64,000 nt of DNA from an uncultured Anaerolineales bacterium (GTDB lineage: Bacteria > Chloroflexota > Anaerolineae > Anaerolineales > UBA11858): NCBI GenBank assembly GCA_964344175.1, contig CAYFMI010000003.1, positions 1,425-65,424 of the forward strand. Direction: 5' to 3'. The notes beneath the pieces are model-generated. The model saw nothing but the letters and a program-made list of their open reading frames with translations, searched no databases and had not been told where the DNA came from. The position numbers and the translations under genes were made by a program. Numbering within the stretch: the stretch's first letter is position 1; each line of letters begins with the position of its first letter. Shown here in pieces: positions 1 to 9,325 of this stretch.

Positions 1-1088
1 GCATTCCCCACGGGGATGTGATACCCCGTCTCACCATCCAAAATCAAAAAAGCCAAGCCGCCCACCTGCGAGGCTACCACAGGGGTGCCACAAGCCATCG
101 CTTCTAGCGCCACCATACCAAACGATTCGTAATGCGAAGGCATAATGACCGCATCGGCTGCCGAGTAATAATAGGGCAGTGTTTCCTGGCTGCGACGGCC
201 CAAGAAAGCTACAAGATCATCAAGGCCATGATCGGTACTGAGATCTTTCAAGCGCGACATTTCGGCACTCATATCAGCACGGCTGACGTTCGGCTCACCC
301 CCGATAATTGACATGCACAAATGATAGCGGTCTAGCACACCGCGCTTGCGCATAATGGCAATCGCTTGAAGGAGGGTATCAATGCCTTTAAGCGGCTCAA
401 TACGCCCCACAAAGAGCAGCATGCGATCATTCACAGGGACACCAATGAATTCCTTTGCCTCATCAGGGGGGATGGGGTAAAAATGGCTGACATCCACCCC
501 AGGCGGAATGACGGCAATTTTGTTCTGATCGGCCTGATATAACCACTGAAGCTGAGCCATCTCGGCTACGGTGGCGGCCACAATGCGGTCGGCGATATCA
601 AGCACTGCATGCTCTCCAGCAATCCGATATTCGCCTTCGCGCTCATCCGCGCTGCGGGCTATGCGCTGCTTCATCACCCCAAGGGTGTGAAACATGTGCA
701 CAATGGGAACATCCCAGGCAACTTGCAACTGACGCGCCGCAATTCCCGACATCCAATAATGACTGTGGATCAAATCATATGTAAAGTCTTTGTTCTTGGC
801 AAATTCAAGAATATGCTCCACAAAGGTCGGTAAATGCTCGGCCAGTTCTTTTTTGGGAAGCGGCACTTCAGGCCCCGCGGGAACATGCACAACCCGGTTC
901 CCGTATCCGAGATCGTGAGAAACATGAGGGGCGTGTTCATCTTGTGAGCGGGTATACACATCCACCTGGATCCCCATGCGACCCAGCTTGCGGGTCAGTT
1001 CACGCACATAGACATTCATGCCGCCTGTGTCTTTCCCGCCCAATATCGCCAGAGGGCAGGTATGATACGATAGCATTGCAATTCGCAT
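1..1088 (-). CDS. GT4-family (GT-B) glycosyltransferase, MshA / sucrose-phosphate-synthase-like. The C-terminus lies beyond the left window edge.
   Basis: Own reverse-strand translation from ATG (1088..1086): MRIAMLSYHTCPLAILGGKDTGGMNVYVRELTRKLGRMGIQVDVYTR ... LLFVGRIEPLKGIDTLL ... PSHYESFGMVALEAMACGTPVVASQVGG. The frame stays open to position 1, so it is absent from the ORF track. Confidence 0.85.
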   Translation of the reverse strand, partial: MRIAMLSYHTCPLAILGGKDTGGMNVYVRELTRKLGRMGIQVDVYTRSQDEHAPHVSHDLGYGNRVVHVPAGPEVPLPKKELAEHLPTFVEHILEFAKNKDFTYDLIHSHYWMSGIAARQLQVAWDVPIVHMFHTLGVMKQRIARSADEREGEYRIAGEHAVLDIADRIVAATVAEMAQLQWLYQADQNKIAVIPPGVDVSHFYPIPPDEAKEFIGVPVNDRMLLFVGRIEPLKGIDTLLQAIAIMRKRGVLDRYHLCMSIIGGEPNVSRADMSAEMSRLKDLSTDHGLDDLVAFLGRRSQETLPYYYSAADAVIMPSHYESFGMVALEAMACGTPVVASQVGGLAFLILDGETGYHIPVGN

Positions 1089-1172
1089 TGTCACCTCACT
1101 GCGCTTCGATTGCGGCAGATACCATACCACCGCTTCTCTGCGCGGTCATTACCAATTCACTTCACGATCCAC

Positions 1173-1202
1173 TTGCTTTCTTGCAAACTTGCCTGGTATA
1201 AT
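1173..1202 (+). promoter_or_regulatory. Candidate sigma-70-type promoter for tRNA-Thr (-35 TTGCTT, 18-nt spacer, extended -10 TGgTATAAT)
   Basis: TTGCTT at 1173-1178, TGG at 1194-1196, TATAAT at 1197-1202. The predicted start at ~1209-1210 is only 2-3 nt before the mature tRNA 5' end. Confidence 0.45.
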
Positions 1203-1211
1203 TCGGGCCGC

Positions 1212-1283
1212 GCCACCGTAGCTCAATGGTAGAGCAATCGCTTCGTAAGCGATCGGCTGTGGGTTCAATTCCCACCGGTGGCT
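1212..1283 (+). tRNA. tRNA-Thr (anticodon CGT/CGU)
   Basis: Cloverleaf read by eye. Acceptor GCCACCG/CGGTGGC, D-arm GCTC-AATGGTA-GAGC, anticodon stem ATCGC/GCGAT with loop TTCGTAA, variable CGGCT, T-arm GTGGG-TTCAATT-CCCAC, discriminator T. CCA is not encoded. Confidence 0.9.
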
Positions 1284-1534
1284 CTTTTGATTCCTGAGAT
1301 TAACTTCAAACCGCTGCCCTGTTCGACCATTCTATCAGGGTCTCTGGGAATCCCCGTGGTGGGCATCCGCATTTGGGGGTATGGGGGGTTTCTCACGGCA
1401 GTTCCCCAGGAAAAGCCCAAAAACTGCGGCAGGCCTTCATCGAACGGCATCGCGCTCAGATATTTTAACAGAGTTTCCGGGGATCTTTTTCTGATGACGC
1501 CCCCAATCAATCACCCACTCTTCCCGACTTCCAG

Positions 1535-1540
1535 TATAAT
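1535..1540 (+). promoter_or_regulatory. Candidate -10 box (TATAAT) placed 6 nt before the udk ATG, implying a leaderless transcript
   Basis: ccagTATAATttgggtATG. No Shine-Dalgarno sequence lies between the box and the ATG at 1547. Confidence 0.35.
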
Positions 1541-1546
1541 TTGGGT

Positions 1547-2182
1547 ATGTCCACACACCCCAAACCAATTGTCATTGGCATTGCCGGCGGCAGCGGATCT
1601 GGCAAGACCACTGTTGCAAACACAATCCTTGAACAAGTGGGTGCGCAGAACATCGCCTATTTACCCCACGATGCCTATTACAAAGACCTGGCCCACCTCC
1701 CTGAAAACCAGCGTGTCCGCATTAACTTCGACCACCCCAACTCCCTTGAAACCCAACTACTCACCCAGCACGTCATCACCCTGCAATCCTGGCAGCCGAT
1801 CGAACTCCCAATCTACGATTTCAAAAACCACACCCGCACCGATCAATCCATCCGCATCGAACCGCATGGGGTCATCATCGTGGAGGGCATTCTGATCTTC
1901 GCCGAAGCAGAACTGCGCAAATTATTCGATGTAAAAATCTTCGTCGACACCGACGCCGACTTGCGCTTCATCCGCAGGCTGGAACGCGACATCACCGAAC
2001 GCGGGCGCACCACCCAGACCGTCATCAAGCAATATCTCGAAACAGTGCGTCCCATGCATCTGGAATTCGTTGAGCCTTCGAAGCGCTACGCCGATGTCAT
2101 TATTCCTGAAGGCGGCTTCAACACCGTTGCGCTGGATATGGTCATCGCGCGCATCGAACGGCTGTTGTCGGTAAATCAGTAG
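1547..2182 (+). CDS. udk: Uridine kinase
   Basis: ORF 1541..2182. P-loop IGIAGGSGSGKTT, DFDHPNSLE, and full-length resemblance to Udk. ATG 1547 is preferred over TTG 1541 because of the -10 box position. Confidence 0.9.
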   Translation: MSTHPKPIVIGIAGGSGSGKTTVANTILEQVGAQNIAYLPHDAYYKDLAHLPENQRVRINFDHPNSLETQLLTQHVITLQSWQPIELPIYDFKNHTRTDQSIRIEPHGVIIVEGILIFAEAELRKLFDVKIFVDTDADLRFIRRLERDITERGRTTQTVIKQYLETVRPMHLEFVEPSKRYADVIIPEGGFNTVALDMVIARIERLLSVNQ

Positions 2183-2187
2183 CGCTT

Positions 2188-2733
2188 GTGAAACTCGAAT
2201 ATCGCAAACTCTCTATCTTGCGGATTGCAGCGCTTCTGTTGGTCGTTGCCATCTCATTCTTTGTGTACAGCATCCGCGAGCAAGCTGAGGCACTAGCGGT
2301 ATATGGATACCCCGGAATTTTCATCATCGCCCTGCTAACCAATGCCACTGTCTTTCTTCCAGCGCCAGGGGTGGCAGTCGTCTTTGCCATGGGGGCGGTG
2401 TTCAACCCTTTTTTTGTCGGGATTGCCGCGGGGGCCGGGGGCGCGTTGGGCGAACTTTCCGGCTATTTGGCCGGCTTTAGCGGGCAAGCCGTTGTCGAAA
2501 GAGCGGCTCGCTACGACCGTCTGACACACTGGGTCAGCAGGAATGGGTTTCTGACCATTCTGGTATTGGCCGCCATCCCCAACCCCACCTTCGATATTGC
2601 CGGTGTGGCCGCGGGGATGTTAAAAATGCCCTTGCCCAAATTTCTACTAGCTGCCTGGATCGGCGTGACCCTAAAAATGATCGCCTTTGCCTATGCAGGC
2701 GCCCATTCAATCACCTGGGTTTTAGGTGAATAG
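2188..2733 (+). CDS. DedA / VTT-domain (SNARE-associated) membrane protein
   Basis: 181 aa, GTG start, multi-TM. Motifs YGYPGIFIIALLTNATVFLPAPG and ELSGYLAG are typical of the VTT/DedA family. Confidence 0.75.
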   Translation: MKLEYRKLSILRIAALLLVVAISFFVYSIREQAEALAVYGYPGIFIIALLTNATVFLPAPGVAVVFAMGAVFNPFFVGIAAGAGGALGELSGYLAGFSGQAVVERAARYDRLTHWVSRNGFLTILVLAAIPNPTFDIAGVAAGMLKMPLPKFLLAAWIGVTLKMIAFAYAGAHSITWVLGE

Positions 2734-2789
2734 TTGCACAGATTGGCAGTCCTTCATCTGCCAAAACTTCCATATTAAGGAGATAATCA

Positions 2790-4154
2790 ATGTCAGACCT
2801 GAAGATCTACGATGACTTTCTGGATGAACACATGGAGGAAAGCATCGCCGAACTCTCCAAGTTGAGCGCCCAACCCAGCGTGGCAGCTCAAAACTGGGGG
2901 ATGGAGGAGACGGCCACAATGGTGGCGGATATGCTCACCCTGAGAGGCTTTCAGGCGCAGGTCATGCCCACGGGCGGTGCGCCAGTAGTGATTGCCGAGC
3001 GGGCAGGGGTTAACACCAAAAAAACACTCTTATTCTACAATCACTACGATGTGCAGCCCCCCGAACCCCTCGAACTCTGGGACAGCCCGCCCTTCGAGCC
3101 AACCCTGCGCGAGGGGGCGCTCTACGCCCGCGGCGTAAGCGACGATAAAGGACACATCACCAGCCGTCTTTTCGCCATCGACGCGCTACTCGACAGCGAT
3201 GGCGAATTGCCCTGCAATGTTAAATTTGTCATCGAAGGCGAAGAAGAAATCGGCAGTGTGCATTTACCGGAATTCATCGAGAAAAACCCAGACCTGCTGG
3301 CCGCCGATGCCTGCATTTGGGAATTTGGGCAGGTCAACCACGAAGAAACCCCTATGCAATACGTCGGGCTGCGAGGCATCTGCTATGTAGAACTATCGGT
3401 TACCACTGCCGATATTGATATTCACTCCGGCTTGGGCGGCTCAATCTTTCACAATGCTGCCTGGCGTTTGGTGTGGGCGCTGAACACCCTCAAAGATCAA
3501 GATGAGCGCATTTTGATCCCCGGCTATTACGACGATGTCCTGCCGCCCACTGATCGCGACCGAGAATTGTTTGCCGACCTCCCTGAAGTCGCCGATGAAT
3601 ATCGCTCGCGCTACGGGGTAAAATCCTTCCTGAAAGGGTTAACCGGAGGCGTTGATCTTCGGATTGCCGAAACGCTGGTGCCCACCTGCACCATTTGCGG
3701 GCTGACTTCCGGCTACCAGGGAGCCGGTTCGAAAACCGTGCTGCCCGCTAAGGCTTCGGCTAAAGTAGATTTCCGGCTTGTTCCAAACCAAACGCCCAAA
3801 CGCGTACTCGAACTCTTGCGCGCCCATCTGGACGCACAGGGGTTCTCAGATGTTGAGATCACTTTCTTGGGCGGCGGCCCGGCGGCCCGCACCAACCCCG
3901 ACGATGCTTTCATCCAACTGGTCGTCAACACCGCCCAGGATGTCTACGGAAAACCGATGCAAATCGTCCCCATGATCGGCGGGTCGGGGCCAAATTATCC
4001 TTTTGTGCATGTGCTTAAGCAACCGGTGGCGACGGCTGGTGTCGGGCATCCTGGCACTCAGGCGCATGCCCCCAATGAAAACGTGCGCCTGGATCTGTAT
4101 CTTAAACATGCCAAACATATCGTGAGGATACTCAAGGCTTTCGCATCATCTTGA
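2790..4154 (+). CDS. M20-family metallopeptidase (ArgE/DapE/ACY1/CPG2-type dipeptidase/deacylase)
   Basis: 454 aa. SD AAGGAG lies upstream. Motifs LLFYNHYDVQP, YARGVSDDKG and EGEEEIGS are M20 metal and catalytic motifs. Confidence 0.85.
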   Translation: MSDLKIYDDFLDEHMEESIAELSKLSAQPSVAAQNWGMEETATMVADMLTLRGFQAQVMPTGGAPVVIAERAGVNTKKTLLFYNHYDVQPPEPLELWDSPPFEPTLREGALYARGVSDDKGHITSRLFAIDALLDSDGELPCNVKFVIEGEEEIGSVHLPEFIEKNPDLLAADACIWEFGQVNHEETPMQYVGLRGICYVELSVTTADIDIHSGLGGSIFHNAAWRLVWALNTLKDQDERILIPGYYDDVLPPTDRDRELFADLPEVADEYRSRYGVKSFLKGLTGGVDLRIAETLVPTCTICGLTSGYQGAGSKTVLPAKASAKVDFRLVPNQTPKRVLELLRAHLDAQGFSDVEITFLGGGPAARTNPDDAFIQLVVNTAQDVYGKPMQIVPMIGGSGPNYPFVHVLKQPVATAGVGHPGTQAHAPNENVRLDLYLKHAKHIVRILKAFASS

Positions 4155-6856
4155 AAAAACGTTCTCTACAACAAGATCTAGGGCTGAAATTAATGGCCCT
4201 GTATATTCTCTTTGTTGGCCCTGTCGTACTGGCGATGGTGTATATTGCCAGTACGACAGGGCAAAACCTGGAAGAAAGCGTCAAAGCTGCCGACCTGGCG
4301 CTGGCGCGTTCGATCGCGCAAGAAACCGATTTCGCCATGCGCAATGCCTTGCGCGCCATCGCAGAGCTATCTACCTATGAGGGGGTTGCCGAGGCTGACT
4401 TAAACGCCATGGAAACAACATTCGGCACTTTTATGAGTGCCCGCCCCGAGGTCAATCTGGTTTATCGCCTGGATGAGTCGGGCATCATGATATTCCACTA
4501 CCCCATTGGCCCCATTTCAACTGTCGGTGATGATTTCTCGTTCCGCACCTATTTCGAGCGCGCCCTTAATACAGCCAATCCTCTTATTTCGAAGGGACGG
4601 ATTTCGCCGACTACCAATCAAGCGGTGGCAACAGCCGTCATGCCCATATGGGATAACGATGGCATATTCAATGGCGTTGTGGCAACCAACATCAAACTGG
4701 AAGCCCTCAGCCAGACGTTAACCAAGATCTCGCGCGAATATGCCCCCGAGGAGGGCTTCGAGGTGTTCATCATCGATGCCAGCAACCAGGTCATCGCTCA
4801 CTCGAATGCCGAGCAGATTCTCAATCAGTTACCAGAATCGCTCTCCCAAATCACCGAGCCGCTGCTACTTGGACGGGTGGACTCGGTGATTGAAATCGAT
4901 GAGGAGAATATGGAACGGCTGTATAGTTATGTGCCGGTGACCAGCGCCGGATGGGGCGTGATTGTAAGCCGCCCTACGGCAGCGGCATTTGCCACACCGC
5001 GCGCCTTTTTCAACAGCGCCCTGGCAACACTGGTTATTTTCATTGTCAGCGGTCTGCTCTTCTGGCTGGGGTTGGCAAAATTGGTGATCACGCCGCTGGG
5101 GTTAGTAACCGCTTATAGCCGAGCGATTGGTATGGAAGATGAAACACTCGTAGAACATGAACGGGCGCTATCGTCGGTAGCAGTGCGCCGCGATCAGGTG
5201 GGGCATCTGGCCCGCAGCTTAATGCGCATGGAGAAAGCCATCCAGGCCCGCCTGAACGAACTTTCTACACTGCTGCAAACCAGCGCCGCCGTTGTTTCGA
5301 CGCTTGATCCCAAAACCGTTCTTAACCGCATTCTCGAACAAGTTGAGCGCTTGCTGAATGTGGAAATGAGCATCCTGGTGGCACTCGACGAGAGCCTGGG
5401 CGTTTTTCGGGCACAAGCCAGCCGGGGGCTATCTAAACACTATGTTGATCAAATTGCCATTGACCCCAGCGAACCCCATTCGGTGGCGCTGCGCGCTTTG
5501 CGGAGTGGCGAACCCATTCAGATCAGCGACACAGAGACAAAACCTTCGTTTACGGCAAACCGGCCGCGGGCCCGCGCCGAGGGCTACCGCTCACTATTGG
5601 CAATTCCCCTCAATACACACTATGCTCCCCCCTCAGTGCTGCTCATCTTCCGCCCTGAGCCACACACTTTCACAAAACAGGAAATCTCTATCCTCTCGAA
5701 CTTTGCCAACCACGCCGCAATGGCAATTGAAAACGCGGCGCTGTTCGCCCGCAGCGATATGCGCTTGCAAGAGCAAACCCAGCGTCTCGAAGCGCTCATT
5801 CAGTCGCTCAACGACGGCCTGATTCTGGAGGACTTGGGCGGCAAAGTCATTTATGCCAATCGTCGTATCAGCGCGCTGACAGGATTATCGCAAGCCGGCT
5901 TGATCGGCAATGAAGTCAATCACATTTTAGATCTCTTCATCCAGGACTCTGAAGATCCTCAAAAAGCGCAAGAGCAAATTCATCGCGCGATGGAAGGCAA
6001 TGAAGATGAAAGCGCCGAATTCAGCATTCTTTACCAGGGCCGCAACCTCTGCTTGCGCTTGCACACATTCAAAGTCACCGATGCGCAAGGTGTTCCCATT
6101 GGTCAGGGACAACTCTTTCACGACATTACCACCGATCGTGAATTAGACCGCATGAAATCAAATTTAATTTCTACCGTTTCGCACGAACTGCGCACTCCAC
6201 TGGCTTCGATCAAAGGGTATGCTTCAACGCTATTGGCCGATGATGTCGTATGGGATACCAAAGCACAAAACGAGTTTTTGTCAATCATCTCCAGCGAGGC
6301 CGACCGTCTCACGCTGCTGGTCAATGAACTGCTGGATCTCTCGCGCATTGATGCCGGCAGCCTGGTTGTCGAACGCAGACCGTGCCAACTAGACACAATG
6401 ATTAACCGCGCCGCACAACGCTCGAACCCGCAACCGGGTGAGCGCCTGTCGGTTCATATTCCAGACGATTTCCCACCCATCTATGCCGACCGGCGACGCA
6501 TTGAAGTTGTCTTGCGGAATTTGATTGAAAACGCAGCCAAATATGGCGGCGCTTCATCACCCATCTTTGTGCGTGCCTTTTTCGATGATGGCAAAATCAC
6601 CATCAAAGTTGAAGATGAGGGGCCTGGGATTCCCGAAGATGAGCGCTCGCGCATTTTCGAGAGTTTCTACCGAATCGATAATGGCCTCTCTCGGATTACC
6701 TCGGGGGCTGGTCTCGGATTAGCCATTTGTCAGGGTTTTGTTCAAGCGCATGGCGGTAAAATTTGGATCGAACCAAAAAAACATGGCGCCTGTTTTGTGT
6801 TTACGTTACCCCACAAGTCAGAACAGATACAACCCAAGGAAGCAGCTTATGAGTAA
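4151..6856 (+). CDS. Sensor histidine kinase (TM - dCache - TM - HAMP - GAF - PAS - HisKA - HATPase_c)
   Basis: 901 aa with a TTG start overlapping the upstream stop (TTGA). H-box SHELRTPLASIKGY, N-box NLIENAAKY, G1 DEGPGIP, G2 GAGLGLAI. Cache-like FSFRTYFERAL...VATAVMPIW. GAF-like block 380-540. Confidence 0.9.
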   Translation: MKKRSLQQDLGLKLMALYILFVGPVVLAMVYIASTTGQNLEESVKAADLALARSIAQETDFAMRNALRAIAELSTYEGVAEADLNAMETTFGTFMSARPEVNLVYRLDESGIMIFHYPIGPISTVGDDFSFRTYFERALNTANPLISKGRISPTTNQAVATAVMPIWDNDGIFNGVVATNIKLEALSQTLTKISREYAPEEGFEVFIIDASNQVIAHSNAEQILNQLPESLSQITEPLLLGRVDSVIEIDEENMERLYSYVPVTSAGWGVIVSRPTAAAFATPRAFFNSALATLVIFIVSGLLFWLGLAKLVITPLGLVTAYSRAIGMEDETLVEHERALSSVAVRRDQVGHLARSLMRMEKAIQARLNELSTLLQTSAAVVSTLDPKTVLNRILEQVERLLNVEMSILVALDESLGVFRAQASRGLSKHYVDQIAIDPSEPHSVALRALRSGEPIQISDTETKPSFTANRPRARAEGYRSLLAIPLNTHYAPPSVLLIFRPEPHTFTKQEISILSNFANHAAMAIENAALFARSDMRLQEQTQRLEALIQSLNDGLILEDLGGKVIYANRRISALTGLSQAGLIGNEVNHILDLFIQDSEDPQKAQEQIHRAMEGNEDESAEFSILYQGRNLCLRLHTFKVTDAQGVPIGQGQLFHDITTDRELDRMKSNLISTVSHELRTPLASIKGYASTLLADDVVWDTKAQNEFLSIISSEADRLTLLVNELLDLSRIDAGSLVVERRPCQLDTMINRAAQRSNPQPGERLSVHIPDDFPPIYADRRRIEVVLRNLIENAAKYGGASSPIFVRAFFDDGKITIKVEDEGPGIPEDERSRIFESFYRIDNGLSRITSGAGLGLAICQGFVQAHGGKIWIEPKKHGACFVFTLPHKSEQIQPKEAAYE

Positions 6857-7559
6857 CCCCATTGTTCTTGTTGTCGATGATGAAAAAACGTTACGCGATT
6901 TCGTGCGCCGAAACCTCGAGGTGCGCGGTTTTAATGTGATTACCGCCGCCAATGGGTTAGAAGCGCTTGCCATCTACAACACGCAAAACATCGACCTGGT
7001 CATTCTAGACATGATGATGCCCCGCATGGATGGACTGGAAACCACCCGCCGCATCCGACAGCACTCAACCGTCCCCATCATCATTTTGACAGCCCTCGAC
7101 GAAGAGAGCGATAAAATCCGCGCTTTCGATCTGGGGGTAGACGATTACCTGACCAAACCCTTTGGAGTTGGCGAATTGCTGGCGCGCGTCAAAGCCGTGC
7201 TGCGACGATCACGATGGTCCGAATCTCCTACCCGACAAGGCCAATTGATCCACGGCGACATTATGGTTAATCTCGAACAGCACAGGGTAAAAGTGCGCGG
7301 CCAGGATACCAAACTCACGCCCACCGAATTCAATTTACTGGTCTATCTCATGGAACATGCTGGCAAAGTATTGCCGCACCAGGCTATCCTCAGACATGTT
7401 TGGGGGCCGGAATACGGTGAGGAAACCGAATATCTGCGTGTGTATATCGGACACCTACGGCAAAAAATCGAGATTGATCCCACCGATCCGAAGTCTATTC
7501 TCACCGAAAGAGGCATCGGATACCGCTTCGAACCCCCTGTCACCCATAAAGAAAACTGA
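6849..7559 (+). CDS. OmpR/PhoB-family response regulator with a KdpE-like winged-helix domain
   Basis: MSNPIVLVVDDEKTLRDF..., receiver Asp in DLVILDMMMP, C-terminal YLRVYIGHLRQKIE...RGIGYRF. The ATG at 6849 overlaps the kinase stop (ATGAGTAA). The longer ORF from 6738 is an in-frame artefact inside the kinase gene. Confidence 0.9.
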   Translation: MSNPIVLVVDDEKTLRDFVRRNLEVRGFNVITAANGLEALAIYNTQNIDLVILDMMMPRMDGLETTRRIRQHSTVPIIILTALDEESDKIRAFDLGVDDYLTKPFGVGELLARVKAVLRRSRWSESPTRQGQLIHGDIMVNLEQHRVKVRGQDTKLTPTEFNLLVYLMEHAGKVLPHQAILRHVWGPEYGEETEYLRVYIGHLRQKIEIDPTDPKSILTERGIGYRFEPPVTHKEN

Positions 7560-7869
7560 GAATCCTTTAGTGGGGTCTTTCAAGAAACGCCATTATGGAG
7601 CCGCGCCTGCATGCATCATTCATAGCTAAAGATTATCATCCAGGGGTGTTTTTATATTGTTTTTAGATAAACAAACATTTTTTTATTTTATCTTTGCATT
7701 CCTTCAATACAATAGAAACCAATAAAAGCGGTTTTCTCGTTCTTTCTCCAATACCGCCGCATCATCATTGATTGTTTTTTTACGTTATTTGTAAGGAGGT
7801 GCGCCGGAGCGTCATTTGTACGGTATTGTGTTATTTCGTAAACAATTATTCTATTCAGGAGGCATGTGA

Positions 7870-9192
7870 ATGAAACGCACACTATCTATTCTTTTGACCT
7901 TTATTTTTGCACTCAGCCTGCTCTTAGCGGCCTGCCAACCTGCCGCGCAACCGGTTGCAGAGGAACCGGCTGCGGAAGAAGCTGCTCCGGCCGAGGAAGA
8001 AATGGCTGCAGAGTCGAAGACTCTTGTTGTTGGGTTTACGGCTTCGATCACCGGCAAATATGAAACTTCATCTGGACGCCAGGTGCGCGGCTTCAATTTG
8101 TGGATGGAACAAGTAAATGGCACAGGCGGCATCACACTTAGCGACGGAACAGTCGTCACCTTCGAGGCTGTTTCCTACGATGATGAAAGCGCTTCTGAGC
8201 GCGTTCAAGAACTCTACACCATTCTGGCAACCGAAGACAATGCCGATCTCATGATCAGCCCTTACTCCAGCGGGTTGACCGCTGCGGCATCGGTAATCGC
8301 CGAACAGTATGGCAAAGTGATGATCACCACCGGCGCTGCGGACGACAACAACTACAAGCAGGGCTTCACCCAGGTCTTCCAGATCTACACGCCCGCCAGC
8401 CGTTATCTCGCTGGCGCGGTAGACCTGCTGGCCGCGACGGATCCTGACGTCAGCAAAGTTGCGTTCGTGTACGAAAATGACAACTTCTCCACCAGCGTGG
8501 TTGAAGCTGCCAAAGTCTATGCCGAGGAATTGGGCTACGAAGTCGTACTCTTCGAGGGCTATGCTTCTGACACCACCGATTTCGCTCCCTTCATCAACAA
8601 AATTGTGGATTCCGGCGCCGAGGCTATTTTGGGCGGCGGCCACTTCCAGGATGGCAGCACCTTTGCACGCCAGGTTTCCGAAAAGGGCATTGGTATCAAT
8701 TTCTTTGCATTGCTGGTGGCTCCGCCAGAGCCTGATTTCGCCGACCTGGGTGATGCGGCTGTAGGTGTTATAGGGCCCAGCCAGTGGGAACCGCTGGCCG
8801 AGTTCTCCGCCGAATCGGCTGCCGCCGCCGGGCTGGAATGGTTCGGCCCATCTTCGGCTGAATTCGTCGATGCTTACAACGCGGCCTATGAGGGTGAAGA
8901 GCCTTCTTACCACTCTGCTGGCGGGTACGCGGCCGGCCTGGTACTGCAAAAGGCTATCCAAGACGCCGACTCGGTAGATCCCGCTGCGATCAAAGATACC
9001 CTGGACGCCATGGACGTCCTGACCTTCTACGGCAACGTCAAATTCGATACTACCCCTGAAGCCCATGGTCTTCAGATTGGTCACTCCATGGTTTACATTC
9101 AGTGGCAAAAAGATGGCGACGGTAATCTGATGAAGCAGGTTGTCTGGCCTGCCGAAGGCGCAACTGCCGAAGTCCTTTATCCAATCCCCTAA
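7870..9192 (+). CDS. ABC transporter substrate-binding lipoprotein, Leu/Ile/Val-binding (LivJ/Peripla_BP_6) family
   Basis: 440 aa. SD AGGAGG lies 7 nt upstream. Lipobox LSLLLAAC is followed by an Ala/Glu/Pro-rich linker. The gene sits directly upstream of livHMGF-type genes. Confidence 0.85.
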   Translation: MKRTLSILLTFIFALSLLLAACQPAAQPVAEEPAAEEAAPAEEEMAAESKTLVVGFTASITGKYETSSGRQVRGFNLWMEQVNGTGGITLSDGTVVTFEAVSYDDESASERVQELYTILATEDNADLMISPYSSGLTAAASVIAEQYGKVMITTGAADDNNYKQGFTQVFQIYTPASRYLAGAVDLLAATDPDVSKVAFVYENDNFSTSVVEAAKVYAEELGYEVVLFEGYASDTTDFAPFINKIVDSGAEAILGGGHFQDGSTFARQVSEKGIGINFFALLVAPPEPDFADLGDAAVGVIGPSQWEPLAEFSAESAAAAGLEWFGPSSAEFVDAYNAAYEGEEPSYHSAGGYAAGLVLQKAIQDADSVDPAAIKDTLDAMDVLTFYGNVKFDTTPEAHGLQIGHSMVYIQWQKDGDGNLMKQVVWPAEGATAEVLYPIP

Positions 9193-9325
9193 TCATTGTT
9201 AGTATCTCCACTTCCCCGCAGAGTTTCCTTCTCTGCGGGGATTTTCTCTATCACCTGGATTTGCGTAATGGCTGCATTTGCTCGAAAGGCTGGTCCGCAA
9301 TTTCCATTTACAAGGAGAGACGTTC

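Noticed and set aside
1284-1534. Gene-free 250 nt downstream of tRNA-Thr as a possible integration scar (att site)
   Set aside because: No integrase or other mobile genes are nearby. I could not find a direct repeat of the tRNA 3' end anywhere in the window.
1278-1895. 205-aa plus-strand ORF starting inside the tRNA and overlapping udk out of frame
   Set aside because: It starts within the tRNA-Thr acceptor stem and has Pro/Ser/Thr-rich low-complexity sequence. The udk frame has the real P-loop.
7799-7873. 24-codon mini-ORF (GTG 7799) ending in an ATGA overlap with the binding-protein start, as a possible leader peptide
   Set aside because: The apparent SD (AAGGAGG, 7793-7799) abuts the GTG with no spacer, and the peptide has no run of regulatory codons. 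It is probably coincidental.
8068-9108. 346-aa ORF on the minus strand
   Set aside because: It lies entirely antisense to the well-supported LivJ-type binding-protein gene. The composition is Arg/Gly-rich, typical of shadow frames in GC-rich coding DNA, and it has no motifs.
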